In this document: positions 9,701-17,750 of the stretch, one piece after another
How positions within the stretch are numbered: position 1 is the first letter of the stretch
Layout: every line of letters starts with the position of its first letter
Source of the DNA: Desulfobulbus propionicus DSM 2032
GTDB lineage: Bacteria > Desulfobacterota > Desulfobulbia > Desulfobulbales > Desulfobulbaceae
NCBI RefSeq assembly: GCF_000186885.1
Contig: NC_014972.1
Location: forward strand, 2,220,001 to 2,252,000
Length of the DNA stretch: 32,000 bases
Reading direction: 5' to 3'
Position numbers and translations under genes: made by a program
The notes under the pieces: generated by a model
The model's input: only the letters and a program-made list of their open reading frames with translations
Database searches by the model: none
Told to the model about the DNA's origin: nothing

Positions 9701-10576
9701 ATGTTTCCCCTATATCCGCACAGCACGCCCCCGGCCCTGACCCATCGTCCCTTGCTCCATCCGCTGTTCCAACAACTGCGTGACGGCATTTCCGAATTCA
9801 CCTTCGCCAATATCTATCTGTTCCGCCACGCCCACCAGTACCGCCTCACTTCGCTGGCCGACGGCACCGTTGCTCTTCTCGGCCGGGATCGGAACGTTCC
9901 CTTCTTCATTCTGCCCTTTGCCCTACCCCGGCAACCGCTGCTCGACGAGCTGTTTCGCGACCACGGCATGATGAAATGCGCCACCACGTCCCAGAGTCAA
10001 GCGCTGGCTGCCTTGGGCTACCGCGTCGTCGAGGACCGGGATAATTTTGACTATCTCTACCACAGGCAGGCCCTGGCCGAGCTGGGCGGCCGCACCTACC
10101 ATAAAAAACGCAATCTGATCAAGGCGTTCGTCAACGCCTACCCCTCCTATACCGCCCGCCCCCTGCGGGAGGAATTCCTCGCCGATGCCCTGCGGGTGCT
10201 CGAAGACTGGCGCGCCGGCAACGATCAGGACGGCGACTACGCGGCGGCCCGCGAGGCCCTGGAAAGCATGGAGACCCTGCAACTCTGCGGCGGCCTGTAC
10301 GCCGTGGAAGAACGGCCGGTGGCCTATGTGCTGGGTGAGGAACTGGCCGGCATGGCCACCTTTGCCATTCACTTCGAAAAAGCGGTGGCCGGCTACAAGG
10401 GGCTGTATCAGTTCATCAACCAGTCCTTTGCCGCCGTCCTGCCCGAGGAATATGCAACCATCAATCGCGAACAGGACATGGGCGATCCCGGCCTGCGCCA
10501 TGCCAAACTTAGCTACAAGCCTTCGGGATTCGTGGAAAAATTCAAGATCTATCCGGCTGAAGCGGCCACCGTTTAA
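9701..10576 (+). CDS. DUF2156-like protein (stand-alone homologue of the MprF C-terminal aminoacyl-transferase domain)
   Basis: ORF 9641..10576, start set at MFPLYP (9701). My motif recognition rests on the segments FTFANIYLFRHAHQYRL and GGRTYHKKRNLIKAF, plus the overall ~290-aa size. The assignment needs HMM confirmation. Confidence 0.55.
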   Translation: MFPLYPHSTPPALTHRPLLHPLFQQLRDGISEFTFANIYLFRHAHQYRLTSLADGTVALLGRDRNVPFFILPFALPRQPLLDELFRDHGMMKCATTSQSQALAALGYRVVEDRDNFDYLYHRQALAELGGRTYHKKRNLIKAFVNAYPSYTARPLREEFLADALRVLEDWRAGNDQDGDYAAAREALESMETLQLCGGLYAVEERPVAYVLGEELAGMATFAIHFEKAVAGYKGLYQFINQSFAAVLPEEYATINREQDMGDPGLRHAKLSYKPSGFVEKFKIYPAEAATV

Positions 10577-10614
10577 ACGCCTGGCGGCCGGCGGCGGCAG
10601 GGGGGAGGAAACCC

Positions 10615-11595
10615 ATGCGAACGATTAGTCTGAACGATATTGACGACATCACGATCGGCCATGCCCAGGATACCGAGGCGGGCACCGGCTGCACCGTGAT
10701 CCTCTGCGAGCAGGGAGCGACGGCCGGAATCGACGTCCGGGGCGGCGCACCCGGCACGCGGGAAAGCGACCTGCTCAACCCCGTCAACCTGGTGGACACG
10801 ATCCATGCGGTTGTCCTGGCCGGGGGCAGTGCCTTTGGCCTGGATGCGGCCTCCGGCGTCATGCAGTACCTCGAGGAGCGGGGGGTGGGGTTCGATGTCC
10901 AGGTGGCCCGGGTGCCCATCGTGTGCGGCGCGGTGCTCTTCGACCTGGCCGTCGGCAATCCCCGCATACGGCCAGACCGGCAGATGGGCTACCAGGCCTG
11001 TTGCAACGCCGCCCGGCGGGACGTCGTCGCCGAGGGCAATGTGGGTGCCGGCACCGGGGCCACGGTGGGTAAGCTTCTTGGCATGGGGCGGGCGATGAAG
11101 GGCGGATTCGGCTGCCATGCGCTCCAGGTGGGCGCGTTGCAGGTGGGCGCGCTGGTCGCGGTCAACTGTCTGGGCGATGTGATTGATCCCGCGAGCGGCA
11201 CCCGGCTGGCCGGTCTCCTCCAGGACGATCTGACCACCCTGGCCGACAGCGAGGCCCAGATGACGCAGTCCTATGCGGAACAAAAGAATCTCTTTGCCGG
11301 CAACACCACCATCGGAACCATCGTCACCAATGCCCGCCTGACCAAGGCCCAGGCCAGCAAGATCGCTTCCATGGCCCACAACGGCTACGCAAGAACCATG
11401 CGTCCGGCCCACACCATGTTCGACGGCGACACCATCTACACCCTGGCCACGGGGCAGGTGGAAGCGGATGTGAGCGTGCTCGGCCTGCTGGCGGCGCGGG
11501 TCATGGAGCGGGCCGTTGTTTCGGCCATCAACAAGGCCGGCCCTCTGTTTGGATTAAAGTGCGCGGCGGACCTGCAGAGCAAGGAGAACGGATGA
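10615..11595 (+). CDS. DmpA/P1 (S58) family Ntn-hydrolase aminopeptidase
   Basis: 326 aa. It has the N-terminal ITIGHAQDTEAGTGCTVIL...GIDVRGGAPGTRE and the putative self-processing/nucleophile segment AGNTTIGTIVTNA. A strong SD (GGGGGAGG) lies upstream. Confidence 0.85.
   Translation: MRTISLNDIDDITIGHAQDTEAGTGCTVILCEQGATAGIDVRGGAPGTRESDLLNPVNLVDTIHAVVLAGGSAFGLDAASGVMQYLEERGVGFDVQVARVPIVCGAVLFDLAVGNPRIRPDRQMGYQACCNAARRDVVAEGNVGAGTGATVGKLLGMGRAMKGGFGCHALQVGALQVGALVAVNCLGDVIDPASGTRLAGLLQDDLTTLADSEAQMTQSYAEQKNLFAGNTTIGTIVTNARLTKAQASKIASMAHNGYARTMRPAHTMFDGDTIYTLATGQVEADVSVLGLLAARVMERAVVSAINKAGPLFGLKCAADLQSKENG
11122..11151 (+). repeat. In-frame tandem 15-bp direct repeat inside the DmpA-like gene
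   Basis: ctccaggtgggcgcg (11122-11136) is followed by ttgcaggtgggcgcg (11137-11151), 13/15 identical. Together they encode LQVGA-LQVGA. Confidence 0.7.
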
Positions 11596-11659
11596 GCACC
11601 GGGTGTTCCAGGCGGGCGGGTGCGGCCGATGGTCTACATGCCCCCCACGGAGGCCGGTC

Positions 11660-12190
11660 TTGAAAAGAACCATCATTGCACTGTTGTTCCTGCTCACCGG
11701 TTGTGTCCGCCTTCCCGAGGGCGTGCAGCCCGTGGACAATTTCCAGTTGGCACGATACCTGGGAACCTGGTACGAGATCGCCCGTCTTGATCATTCCTTT
11801 GAGCGGGGCATGACCCACGTCACCGCCGAGTACACCCTGCGCGGGGACGGCGGCATCAGGGTGTTGAATCGGGGCTACGCCGAACAGGAACAGCGGTGGC
11901 GGGAAGCCGAGGGCAAGGCCTCTTTTGTGGACCGCCCGGATCAAGGCTACCTGAAGGTCTCGTTTTTTGGCCCCTTCTATGGTGCCTACGTGATTCTCGC
12001 CCTGGATCAGGACCAGTACCGCCATGCCCTGGTGTGCGGCCCGGACCGCTCCTACCTATGGATTCTGGCACGAACGCCGGTGCTCGACCCGGTGATTCGG
12101 GACGCCCTCATCGCCAAGGCGGCGGCTTTGGGGTTTGCCACCGATCAACTGATCTTCGTCTATCATCACCCGCCCGCCCCCTCCTTGTGA
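11660..12190 (+). CDS. blc: Outer-membrane lipocalin lipoprotein Blc
   Basis: ORF 11603..12190. It has the lipocalin motif YLGTWYEIARLDHSFERG. Start set at TTG11660, which gives the signal peptide LKRTIIALLFLLTGC (lipobox LLTGC), with GGAGG 6-7 nt upstream. Confidence 0.85.
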   Translation: MKRTIIALLFLLTGCVRLPEGVQPVDNFQLARYLGTWYEIARLDHSFERGMTHVTAEYTLRGDGGIRVLNRGYAEQEQRWREAEGKASFVDRPDQGYLKVSFFGPFYGAYVILALDQDQYRHALVCGPDRSYLWILARTPVLDPVIRDALIAKAAALGFATDQLIFVYHHPPAPSL

Positions 12191-12194
12191 TCCC

Positions 12195-12821
12195 ATGTTT
12201 GACGCCGGTACCCTGATTCTCTTTGCTTCCGCTTCCCTTCTTCTCGCCTTGGCGCCCGGGCCGGACAACATCTTCGTGCTCACCCAGTCGGCCCTCAAGG
12301 GAAAGCTGGTGGGCCTGGTGGTGACGCTTGGCCTGTGCACCGGCCTGGTTGTCCACACCAGTGCCGTGGCCTTGGGTGTAGCCGCTATCTTCCAGGCCTC
12401 GGCCCTGGCCTTCAATCTGCTCAAGTTCGCGGGAGCAGCCTACCTGCTCTACCTGGCCTGGGGTGCTTTCCGCGCCGGGACGAGTTCCCTGGAGAGCGAG
12501 GCCAGCCGGGAAATCGGCCTTGGCCGATTTTACCTGCGAGGCATCATCATGAACGTGACCAACCCCAAGGTCTCGATCTTCTTCCTCGCCTTTCTCCCCC
12601 AGTTCACCCGCCCGGAACAGGGCCATCTGCCACTGCAGATGTTCATCCTGGGCGGGATCTTCATTCTCGCCACCTTGCTGGTGTTCGGCAGTGTCAGCCT
12701 GCTGGCTGGAGTGCTGGGCCAATGGCTGCGCCGTTCCGAACGGGCGCAGAAGCTGCTTACCAGAACCGCCGGCGCCATCTTCGCCGCCCTTGCCCTGAAA
12801 CTGGCCACCGCCAGCCGCTGA
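12195..12821 (+). CDS. LysE/RhtB family amino-acid exporter
   Basis: 208 aa and about 6 TM helices. The N-terminal signature LALAPGPDNIFV is typical of the LysE family. It starts 4 nt after the blc stop. Confidence 0.85.
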   Translation: MFDAGTLILFASASLLLALAPGPDNIFVLTQSALKGKLVGLVVTLGLCTGLVVHTSAVALGVAAIFQASALAFNLLKFAGAAYLLYLAWGAFRAGTSSLESEASREIGLGRFYLRGIIMNVTNPKVSIFFLAFLPQFTRPEQGHLPLQMFILGGIFILATLLVFGSVSLLAGVLGQWLRRSERAQKLLTRTAGAIFAALALKLATASR

Positions 12822-12905
12822 TCCGCTCCCCTCACTGTCAGTCCGCCAACCAGCGCGGGAAAATACCCCTTCTTTGTTTCCGTTTCGCGATTCGGCCGCT
12901 TTCCA

Positions 12906-13979
12906 TCAGCGGCCGCCGGTGATCAGGCCGAGCGGTCCAGGGCAGAACCTGGCCAGGAACCGATGGCAGCCGACCAGCAGGGCCATCACCAGTACCGGAA
13001 TGGTCAGATAGAGCGTCAGCATGGTGTAGGCGCCGTCGAGCGGGATAAAGCGAAAAGCCAGCAGACGAACGATGCCCAGCAGCGGTTCATGGGCCGCATA
13101 GACAAAAAAGCTGGCGCCGCCAAGGGTGATCAGGGCGTCGCGCAGCCGTGGCCACGCCAGAATCGGCTTGGTGACGCACAGGGCCGCCAGCACGCCGACA
13201 ATCAGACCGGTGCGGTGGAGGTAGACGTTGAACCAGGCATGATACCAGATGACGTCGGCGACCAGCATCGGCACATAGAGGCCATAGATGGGCTTGGCGA
13301 AGCGGTCAAAGGCGAACAGATTCTCGCCCTTGATGCCGCATAGGGCGCCGGCGGAAAAGAACAGCACGCCCACCGCCCCCGGCATGGCGACCGGCCAGGT
13401 ATCCGTCACCCAGCAAAGATAAACGACGATGAAAAAGGGGATGGGCACGAAGCGGACAATAACGGCCAGCAGCGGCGCCAGCAGCACCAGGAGCATCAGG
13501 TCGCGGATGAACCAGAAATGATAGGCGATCGGGTAGCCCTTGAGGCCAAGGAGAGCGTTGAGGTAGTCAAAGGCGCCGTATTGGGCGATTTTTTTGCCCA
13601 GTCCGGTAAAATAGGGCTGGATCGACGGAATGGCCTGGGCAAGGGCAAAAAACGCCAACGCCGCCAGGTTCCAGAAAAGAAAGGGGATGAGCAGGCTGCG
13701 CAGCCGGGTCATGATCTTGTGCACATACGTCCGTCGTGACCAGTGGAAGGTGGCAAAAAACAGATACCCTGCCATGAGAAAAAACAACGGCACCGCGATA
13801 CGGGCGATCCCCTCCGAGAGCAGGATGCGGATCCAATTGGTCAGGGCGTTGAGCTGGTCGGTGCCGAGACTGCCGCCCGAATAGTGGATCACCGTGTTGT
13901 AGGCATGGATGTAGATGACGCCGATGATCGGAGGAAAGCGAAGCAGCTTGAGGCGCAGCGAGGACTCGTTGTCTATCAT
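12906..13979 (-). CDS. Acyltransferase family 3 (AT3) integral membrane O-acyltransferase
   Basis: 357 aa and about 10 TM helices. The N-terminal region LRFPPIIGVIYIHAY is consistent with the AT3 conserved His-containing first helix, and the general AT3 topology fits. Confidence 0.75.
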   Translation of the reverse strand: MIDNESSLRLKLLRFPPIIGVIYIHAYNTVIHYSGGSLGTDQLNALTNWIRILLSEGIARIAVPLFFLMAGYLFFATFHWSRRTYVHKIMTRLRSLLIPFLFWNLAALAFFALAQAIPSIQPYFTGLGKKIAQYGAFDYLNALLGLKGYPIAYHFWFIRDLMLLVLLAPLLAVIVRFVPIPFFIVVYLCWVTDTWPVAMPGAVGVLFFSAGALCGIKGENLFAFDRFAKPIYGLYVPMLVADVIWYHAWFNVYLHRTGLIVGVLAALCVTKPILAWPRLRDALITLGGASFFVYAAHEPLLGIVRLLAFRFIPLDGAYTMLTLYLTIPVLVMALLVGCHRFLARFCPGPLGLITGGR

Positions 13980-14137
13980 GATTGTTGGCTATGGGGAAAA
14001 CAGGGAGACAGAAAATAGATAGATGGAGCAGACAGCGACACCTTCATTGGACGCGACACGTCACCGCCGAGCCGCGCGGGGGGCAACAGGATGAACCGTC
14101 GCCCTCCAGCCGTCGACTGGTCGAGCCAGGCCGTTGC

Positions 14138-14386
14138 TCAGCGACGATGGTGGCCGCCGTGCGGATAGCCTCGATGGCTGCCACGTCCCTCGTGATAGGT
14201 AAAATCGAAAAAAATGTTCGGATAGAGAAAAATCCAGCCCGGATCGGCGTAGAGGGCCGGAGGCCGATACGGGGTATAATACGGTCCATAGGGATAGGCA
14301 TCGTAATAGTACGGGTCGTGATAATAGCCCACACAACCGCCGCAGGCCAGAAGCAGGATTGCGGCCGCAAGCAAACGACATTTCAT
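14138..14386 (-). CDS. Small Tyr/Pro/His-rich lipoprotein
   Basis: 82 aa. It has the signal peptide plus lipobox MKCRLLAAAILLLAC and GGAAGG upstream of the ATG. The mature part has 14 Tyr in 68 residues (GYYHDPYYYDAYPYGPYYTPY) and a His-rich C-terminus. Confidence 0.6.
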   Translation of the reverse strand: MKCRLLAAAILLLACGGCVGYYHDPYYYDAYPYGPYYTPYRPPALYADPGWIFLYPNIFFDFTYHEGRGSHRGYPHGGHHRR

Positions 14387-14484
14387 GGTTCACCTTCCTT
14401 GCCGCCCGCAAGAGGGGCGATAGGCGGCACTATACCACAACGCCGCCGAAAAAGGACTCTTTTCCTGCCACTCTTCCAGGACCG

Positions 14485-15540
14485 TTACCACGCGCGATGA
14501 AAACGGACCCGGACCGGCAGTCCCTCGATGGCCTGCTGGACAGGCAGCGGTTTGACCGGATCGAGGGTCACCAGTACCATCATTTCGCGGCTGCCGATCG
14601 CCGAACTAAGCTCCGCCGGAAGACGGCGCGTCTGGCCGGGTGCGTCCCGCACCGTTGCCTCCAGGGACAGATCGCCGGCAACGGTGACCGTGGCCCGCGT
14701 TCCCGCGCTCACCCACTTGACCTGTTCCGGCCGCATATAGGCCTCCACATGGGGCCGTTCCTGCCGGCCGATCACTAGCACCCCCGCGCCGGCGTCCAGC
14801 ACGCTGCCCCGTTCAGCCAGAATCTCCAGCACCGTGCCGTCGCCGTCGGCAACAAGCGTCAACGGCTGCCGTTGCGCCTGCAACAGAGGGAGTTGCCGTT
14901 GCAACTGCTCACGGGAGAGAGGGGCTCCCGTGGCCGGCGATGACGGCACCGCTGCCTGCCCCTCGGCCTCGGTTCGTTCCAGTTGCGCCTGGACTAGGAC
15001 ATGCCGCGCCGCGTCAAGCTGGGAGCGGATTGCATTGACCTCGGCCTCGGTGGCCGCTCCCTGGGCGCGCAAACGGGCGACAACGGCCAGGCGCTGCTCC
15101 TGATGGGCCACGGCCCTGGCCGCATGCAGCTCCTGCTGGCGATAAAGGGCCAGCCTCTTTGGTCCGGCAAGCGATCCGGACACTGGTTCCAGCATCGTCT
15201 CCACGGTTTCGATTTGCTGTTCAAGCTTGGGCGCGCTCAGCCGCGCCACCTCTTGGCCCCGCCGTACCCGTTCACCCGGCTGGACAAGGACGCGGTCAAC
15301 CACGCTCTCGGTCACCGCGACCAGGGTTTCCTTGTCCAGGACAACGACGCCGGGCGCGGTCACCACCACCAACGGCAGAACCAGCTGGTAGAGCAGATAG
15401 AAGAACGGACTGGCCACCAGGGCGAGGATGATCCACCAGCGCCAGGAAGCAACGGCCCGCCTTCCCGGCGTATAGGGAACCTTCATCCCCTGGCTGACAT
15501 CCGCGGGCTGTTGCTCCCGTTGACTGAAACGAATGTTCAT
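14485..15540 (-). CDS. HlyD-type membrane fusion (periplasmic adaptor) protein
   Basis: ORF 14485..15567. Start set at MNIRFSQ (15540), which forms an ATGA overlap with the upstream stop (15537-15540). It has a single N-terminal TM helix (WWIILALVASPFFYLLYQLVLPLVVV), a lipoyl-like segment VLVQPGERVRRGQEVARL, a long Ala/Gln/Arg coiled-coil hairpin and a C-terminal beta-barrel-like region. Confidence 0.8.
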   Translation of the reverse strand: MNIRFSQREQQPADVSQGMKVPYTPGRRAVASWRWWIILALVASPFFYLLYQLVLPLVVVTAPGVVVLDKETLVAVTESVVDRVLVQPGERVRRGQEVARLSAPKLEQQIETVETMLEPVSGSLAGPKRLALYRQQELHAARAVAHQEQRLAVVARLRAQGAATEAEVNAIRSQLDAARHVLVQAQLERTEAEGQAAVPSSPATGAPLSREQLQRQLPLLQAQRQPLTLVADGDGTVLEILAERGSVLDAGAGVLVIGRQERPHVEAYMRPEQVKWVSAGTRATVTVAGDLSLEATVRDAPGQTRRLPAELSSAIGSREMMVLVTLDPVKPLPVQQAIEGLPVRVRFHRAW

Positions 15541-17741
15541 GGTTGCATCTCCTGCCACCGGCTCCAATCCTGGACCACGAGACCATGAAAATTGGGAGCG
15601 GCGAGCAACTGGGCCAACCGGGTCATGCGGGCGGTGAACTGTGCCCGGCCCGCCTGATAATGACTTTCCTCGGTCGACAACTCCGGTTCCACGCTCTGAG
15701 CCACGGAAAAACGCTGGCGCGGGAACGCTTGGAGGATGGGGGTGGCCACCTCTGCCACCCGTTGCGGATTGGCCGCATAGATCATCAACACCACCTCCGT
15801 CACCTGCAGACGATCAAGCATGGCCCCTAACTCCTTCTTTTTCCCGTTCGGCTTCAGGGTCCGCGGATGCAGGCTCACCCCGACGGGCCAGGGGCTGGCC
15901 CGCCTGGCCGCCTCGACCGTGGCGGCCCACTCTGTGAGCATCTTGGTATCACGTCGATGCCGCTCATCCAGCTGATCGATTTCAAGATCCAGATGCAGGC
16001 CGGCAAAGGGTAGGTCCGCCAGCGAAGCGACGATCTCCACCAGGCGCGGCCGATGCTGCGCCAGAATCCATGACGGTTCGCCCAGCAGCAGTTCCACCGT
16101 GATCCCCTGGCCATGCAACCGCTCAATCCAGGAGGAAAAAATCGCCCGCGCCTCCGGGGTGGCCAAGCTGTCGATCTGCCTCTGGTCAAGTGACAGCAAC
16201 AGGCGCTCCACGCCCGTTTTCCGCAGGGCAGGGACAAAGGCGGAATCAGCCTGCTCCTGCTGCCGAAAGCGGTCCGATCGCCACACGTAGAGGGTGTTAA
16301 CACCCCGGCCGGCCAGTGGTGATTCCGCCTCCACGACCTGTTTTTCCGTGCCAGCCGCCGAAACCTCCCCCAGCAACCGGGGATCGATCTTCTCGACCGG
16401 GGAACCCTCCTCCCGCGGCCGCCGATCCTCTTGGCGTTGGGCGGCGAGGGGTGTATGGGCGAGCAGGGTAATCAGCTGACCGTATTGCCGGGCCTGGGCG
16501 TCCACCGCGTCGAGGGACGCCTGATAGTAAGCGTACCGACTTTGTTGCAGCTGCTCCAGAGTATCCCCCTCCATAGCGATCCGCAGTTTGTTCTCCTTGA
16601 CCCGCTGGCCGGCCGCCTGAAGCCGTTGGCCGGCAAAGCCCAGATCGGCTCGCGAAGCGCGGTACAGGGCCTGGGCCTCCTCGACCCGGAGGCGGACATT
16701 GTCTCGCTCCAGCGCCAGTTCCCGGCGGCATTTGGCGGCCAAGGTTTGGGCAGAGCGCTGGGCGGCATTGTCATTCCTGGCGATGGTGCCCAGCGGCAAT
16801 TCAACCGCGAAATTGACCCCAAGACTGTACTCCGGTTCCTTGTCGCCGTCATCGACGCCAGCGGCGGTGTACAGATCGAAATGGGCGCTGGTGCCGGCAT
16901 GGCTCGTCAGGGGAATCTGCTGTTCCAGCCCCCGCAGCCGCTCCCGCAGGAGCGCCACAGCGGGAAAGTCGTCCATGGCCCGTCGCGGCAGGTCAGCAAG
17001 ATCGTCCTTGGGCCGGGCAAAACGGGGTGTCTGGGCAATGAACGGCAGGGAAATTCCGGTCAACCTCTGGATGGTGTGCAGGGCGGTCTGCTGGGTGACC
17101 CGCAGGGTTTCCTGGTTGCGACGGACCAGATCAAAGGAGGAAAGAAACTCGAGCCGGTCGGCTTCCAGCAGATAACCTGCCTGCTGCCGGCGGGTCAGGA
17201 GCTGGCGCTGTTTGGCTTCACCGGCAAGAAAGGTCTGGCCCAGCCGCTGTTTTTCCTGGGCTGCCCAGTAGGTGACATAGGCTTGGCGGAGCAGGGCCAA
17301 GGACTGGAGGCGGGCGAGGCGTACCTGCTGCTCCTTTTCCCGCACCGATGTCTGGGCCTCGACCACCTCCCGGCGCTCGGCATCGGCACGCCCCAACAGG
17401 GGGCGGCGCAGGCCGGCGCGCACATCGTAGGTGGTGTACCGGCGATCGTCGCCACTGAGCGCGGCATCCTCGGTCAAGCCGGTCCCCGCGCCAGCAAAGA
17501 GCTTCCATCCCTGTTCACTTTGCCGCTGATCCAACTGGGCTTGGCCAGCCTCCAGATCGGCGGCGGCGATCTGGACCTCATCCGCCCGGATCAACCCGCC
17601 TTCGAGCTCGTCCAGCCCATGGACCGACTCGGCGGTGCCGGCCAGCAGGCGCACAGGACACAACAGGAATACCAGCAGCACGAGCAGCGTGACGGCCGGA
17701 CGGCAGGCAAGCGGTGCACGAAACATCATGGGAACACGCAT
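15537..17741 (-). CDS. TolC-like outer-membrane channel protein fused to a C-terminal alpha/beta (TIM-barrel-like) domain
   Basis: 734 aa with a signal peptide (LLVLLVFLLCPVRLLAG). Residues ~40-430 are Ala/Gln/Arg/Leu-rich coiled-coil repeats interrupted by strand-like segments (YDVRAGLRRPLL, YSLGVNFAVELPLG), as in OEP/TolC proteins. A charged linker spans 431-478 and an extra domain spans 479-734. A GAGG SD lies 5 nt upstream, and the gene starts 9 nt after the GT2 stop. Confidence 0.65.
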   Translation of the reverse strand: MRVPMMFRAPLACRPAVTLLVLLVFLLCPVRLLAGTAESVHGLDELEGGLIRADEVQIAAADLEAGQAQLDQRQSEQGWKLFAGAGTGLTEDAALSGDDRRYTTYDVRAGLRRPLLGRADAERREVVEAQTSVREKEQQVRLARLQSLALLRQAYVTYWAAQEKQRLGQTFLAGEAKQRQLLTRRQQAGYLLEADRLEFLSSFDLVRRNQETLRVTQQTALHTIQRLTGISLPFIAQTPRFARPKDDLADLPRRAMDDFPAVALLRERLRGLEQQIPLTSHAGTSAHFDLYTAAGVDDGDKEPEYSLGVNFAVELPLGTIARNDNAAQRSAQTLAAKCRRELALERDNVRLRVEEAQALYRASRADLGFAGQRLQAAGQRVKENKLRIAMEGDTLEQLQQSRYAYYQASLDAVDAQARQYGQLITLLAHTPLAAQRQEDRRPREEGSPVEKIDPRLLGEVSAAGTEKQVVEAESPLAGRGVNTLYVWRSDRFRQQEQADSAFVPALRKTGVERLLLSLDQRQIDSLATPEARAIFSSWIERLHGQGITVELLLGEPSWILAQHRPRLVEIVASLADLPFAGLHLDLEIDQLDERHRRDTKMLTEWAATVEAARRASPWPVGVSLHPRTLKPNGKKKELGAMLDRLQVTEVVLMIYAANPQRVAEVATPILQAFPRQRFSVAQSVEPELSTEESHYQAGRAQFTARMTRLAQLLAAPNFHGLVVQDWSRWQEMQP
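15540..16307 (-). other. C-terminal ~255-aa domain of the TolC-like protein: predicted (beta/alpha)8-like fold, putative glycoside-hydrolase-like
   Basis: Eight short hydrophobic strand-like segments alternate with amphipathic helices: TLYVW, RLLLSL, ITVELLLGE, AGLHLDLE, VGVSLH, EVVLMIY, FSVAQSVE, GLVVQDW. Acidic residues sit at strand ends (E555, D585/E587, E685, D725). The fold call is inferred from this pattern only. Confidence 0.4.
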
Positions 17742-17750
17742 CGCCGCCTC

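Noticed and set aside
11603-11659. The ATG at 11603 as the blc start (the longest ORF).
   Set aside because: It would add 19 non-signal-like residues (MFQAGGCGRWSTCPPRRPV) before the lipoprotein signal peptide. TTG11660 is preceded by GGAGG at proper spacing and gives a canonical signal plus lipobox.
14044-14411. Alternative overlapping minus-strand ORFs (14044..14370 and 14061..14411) in place of the 82-aa lipoprotein frame.
   Set aside because: Only the 14138..14386 frame has an SD, a signal peptide and a lipobox. The others are Arg/Pro/Ser-rich frames without features.
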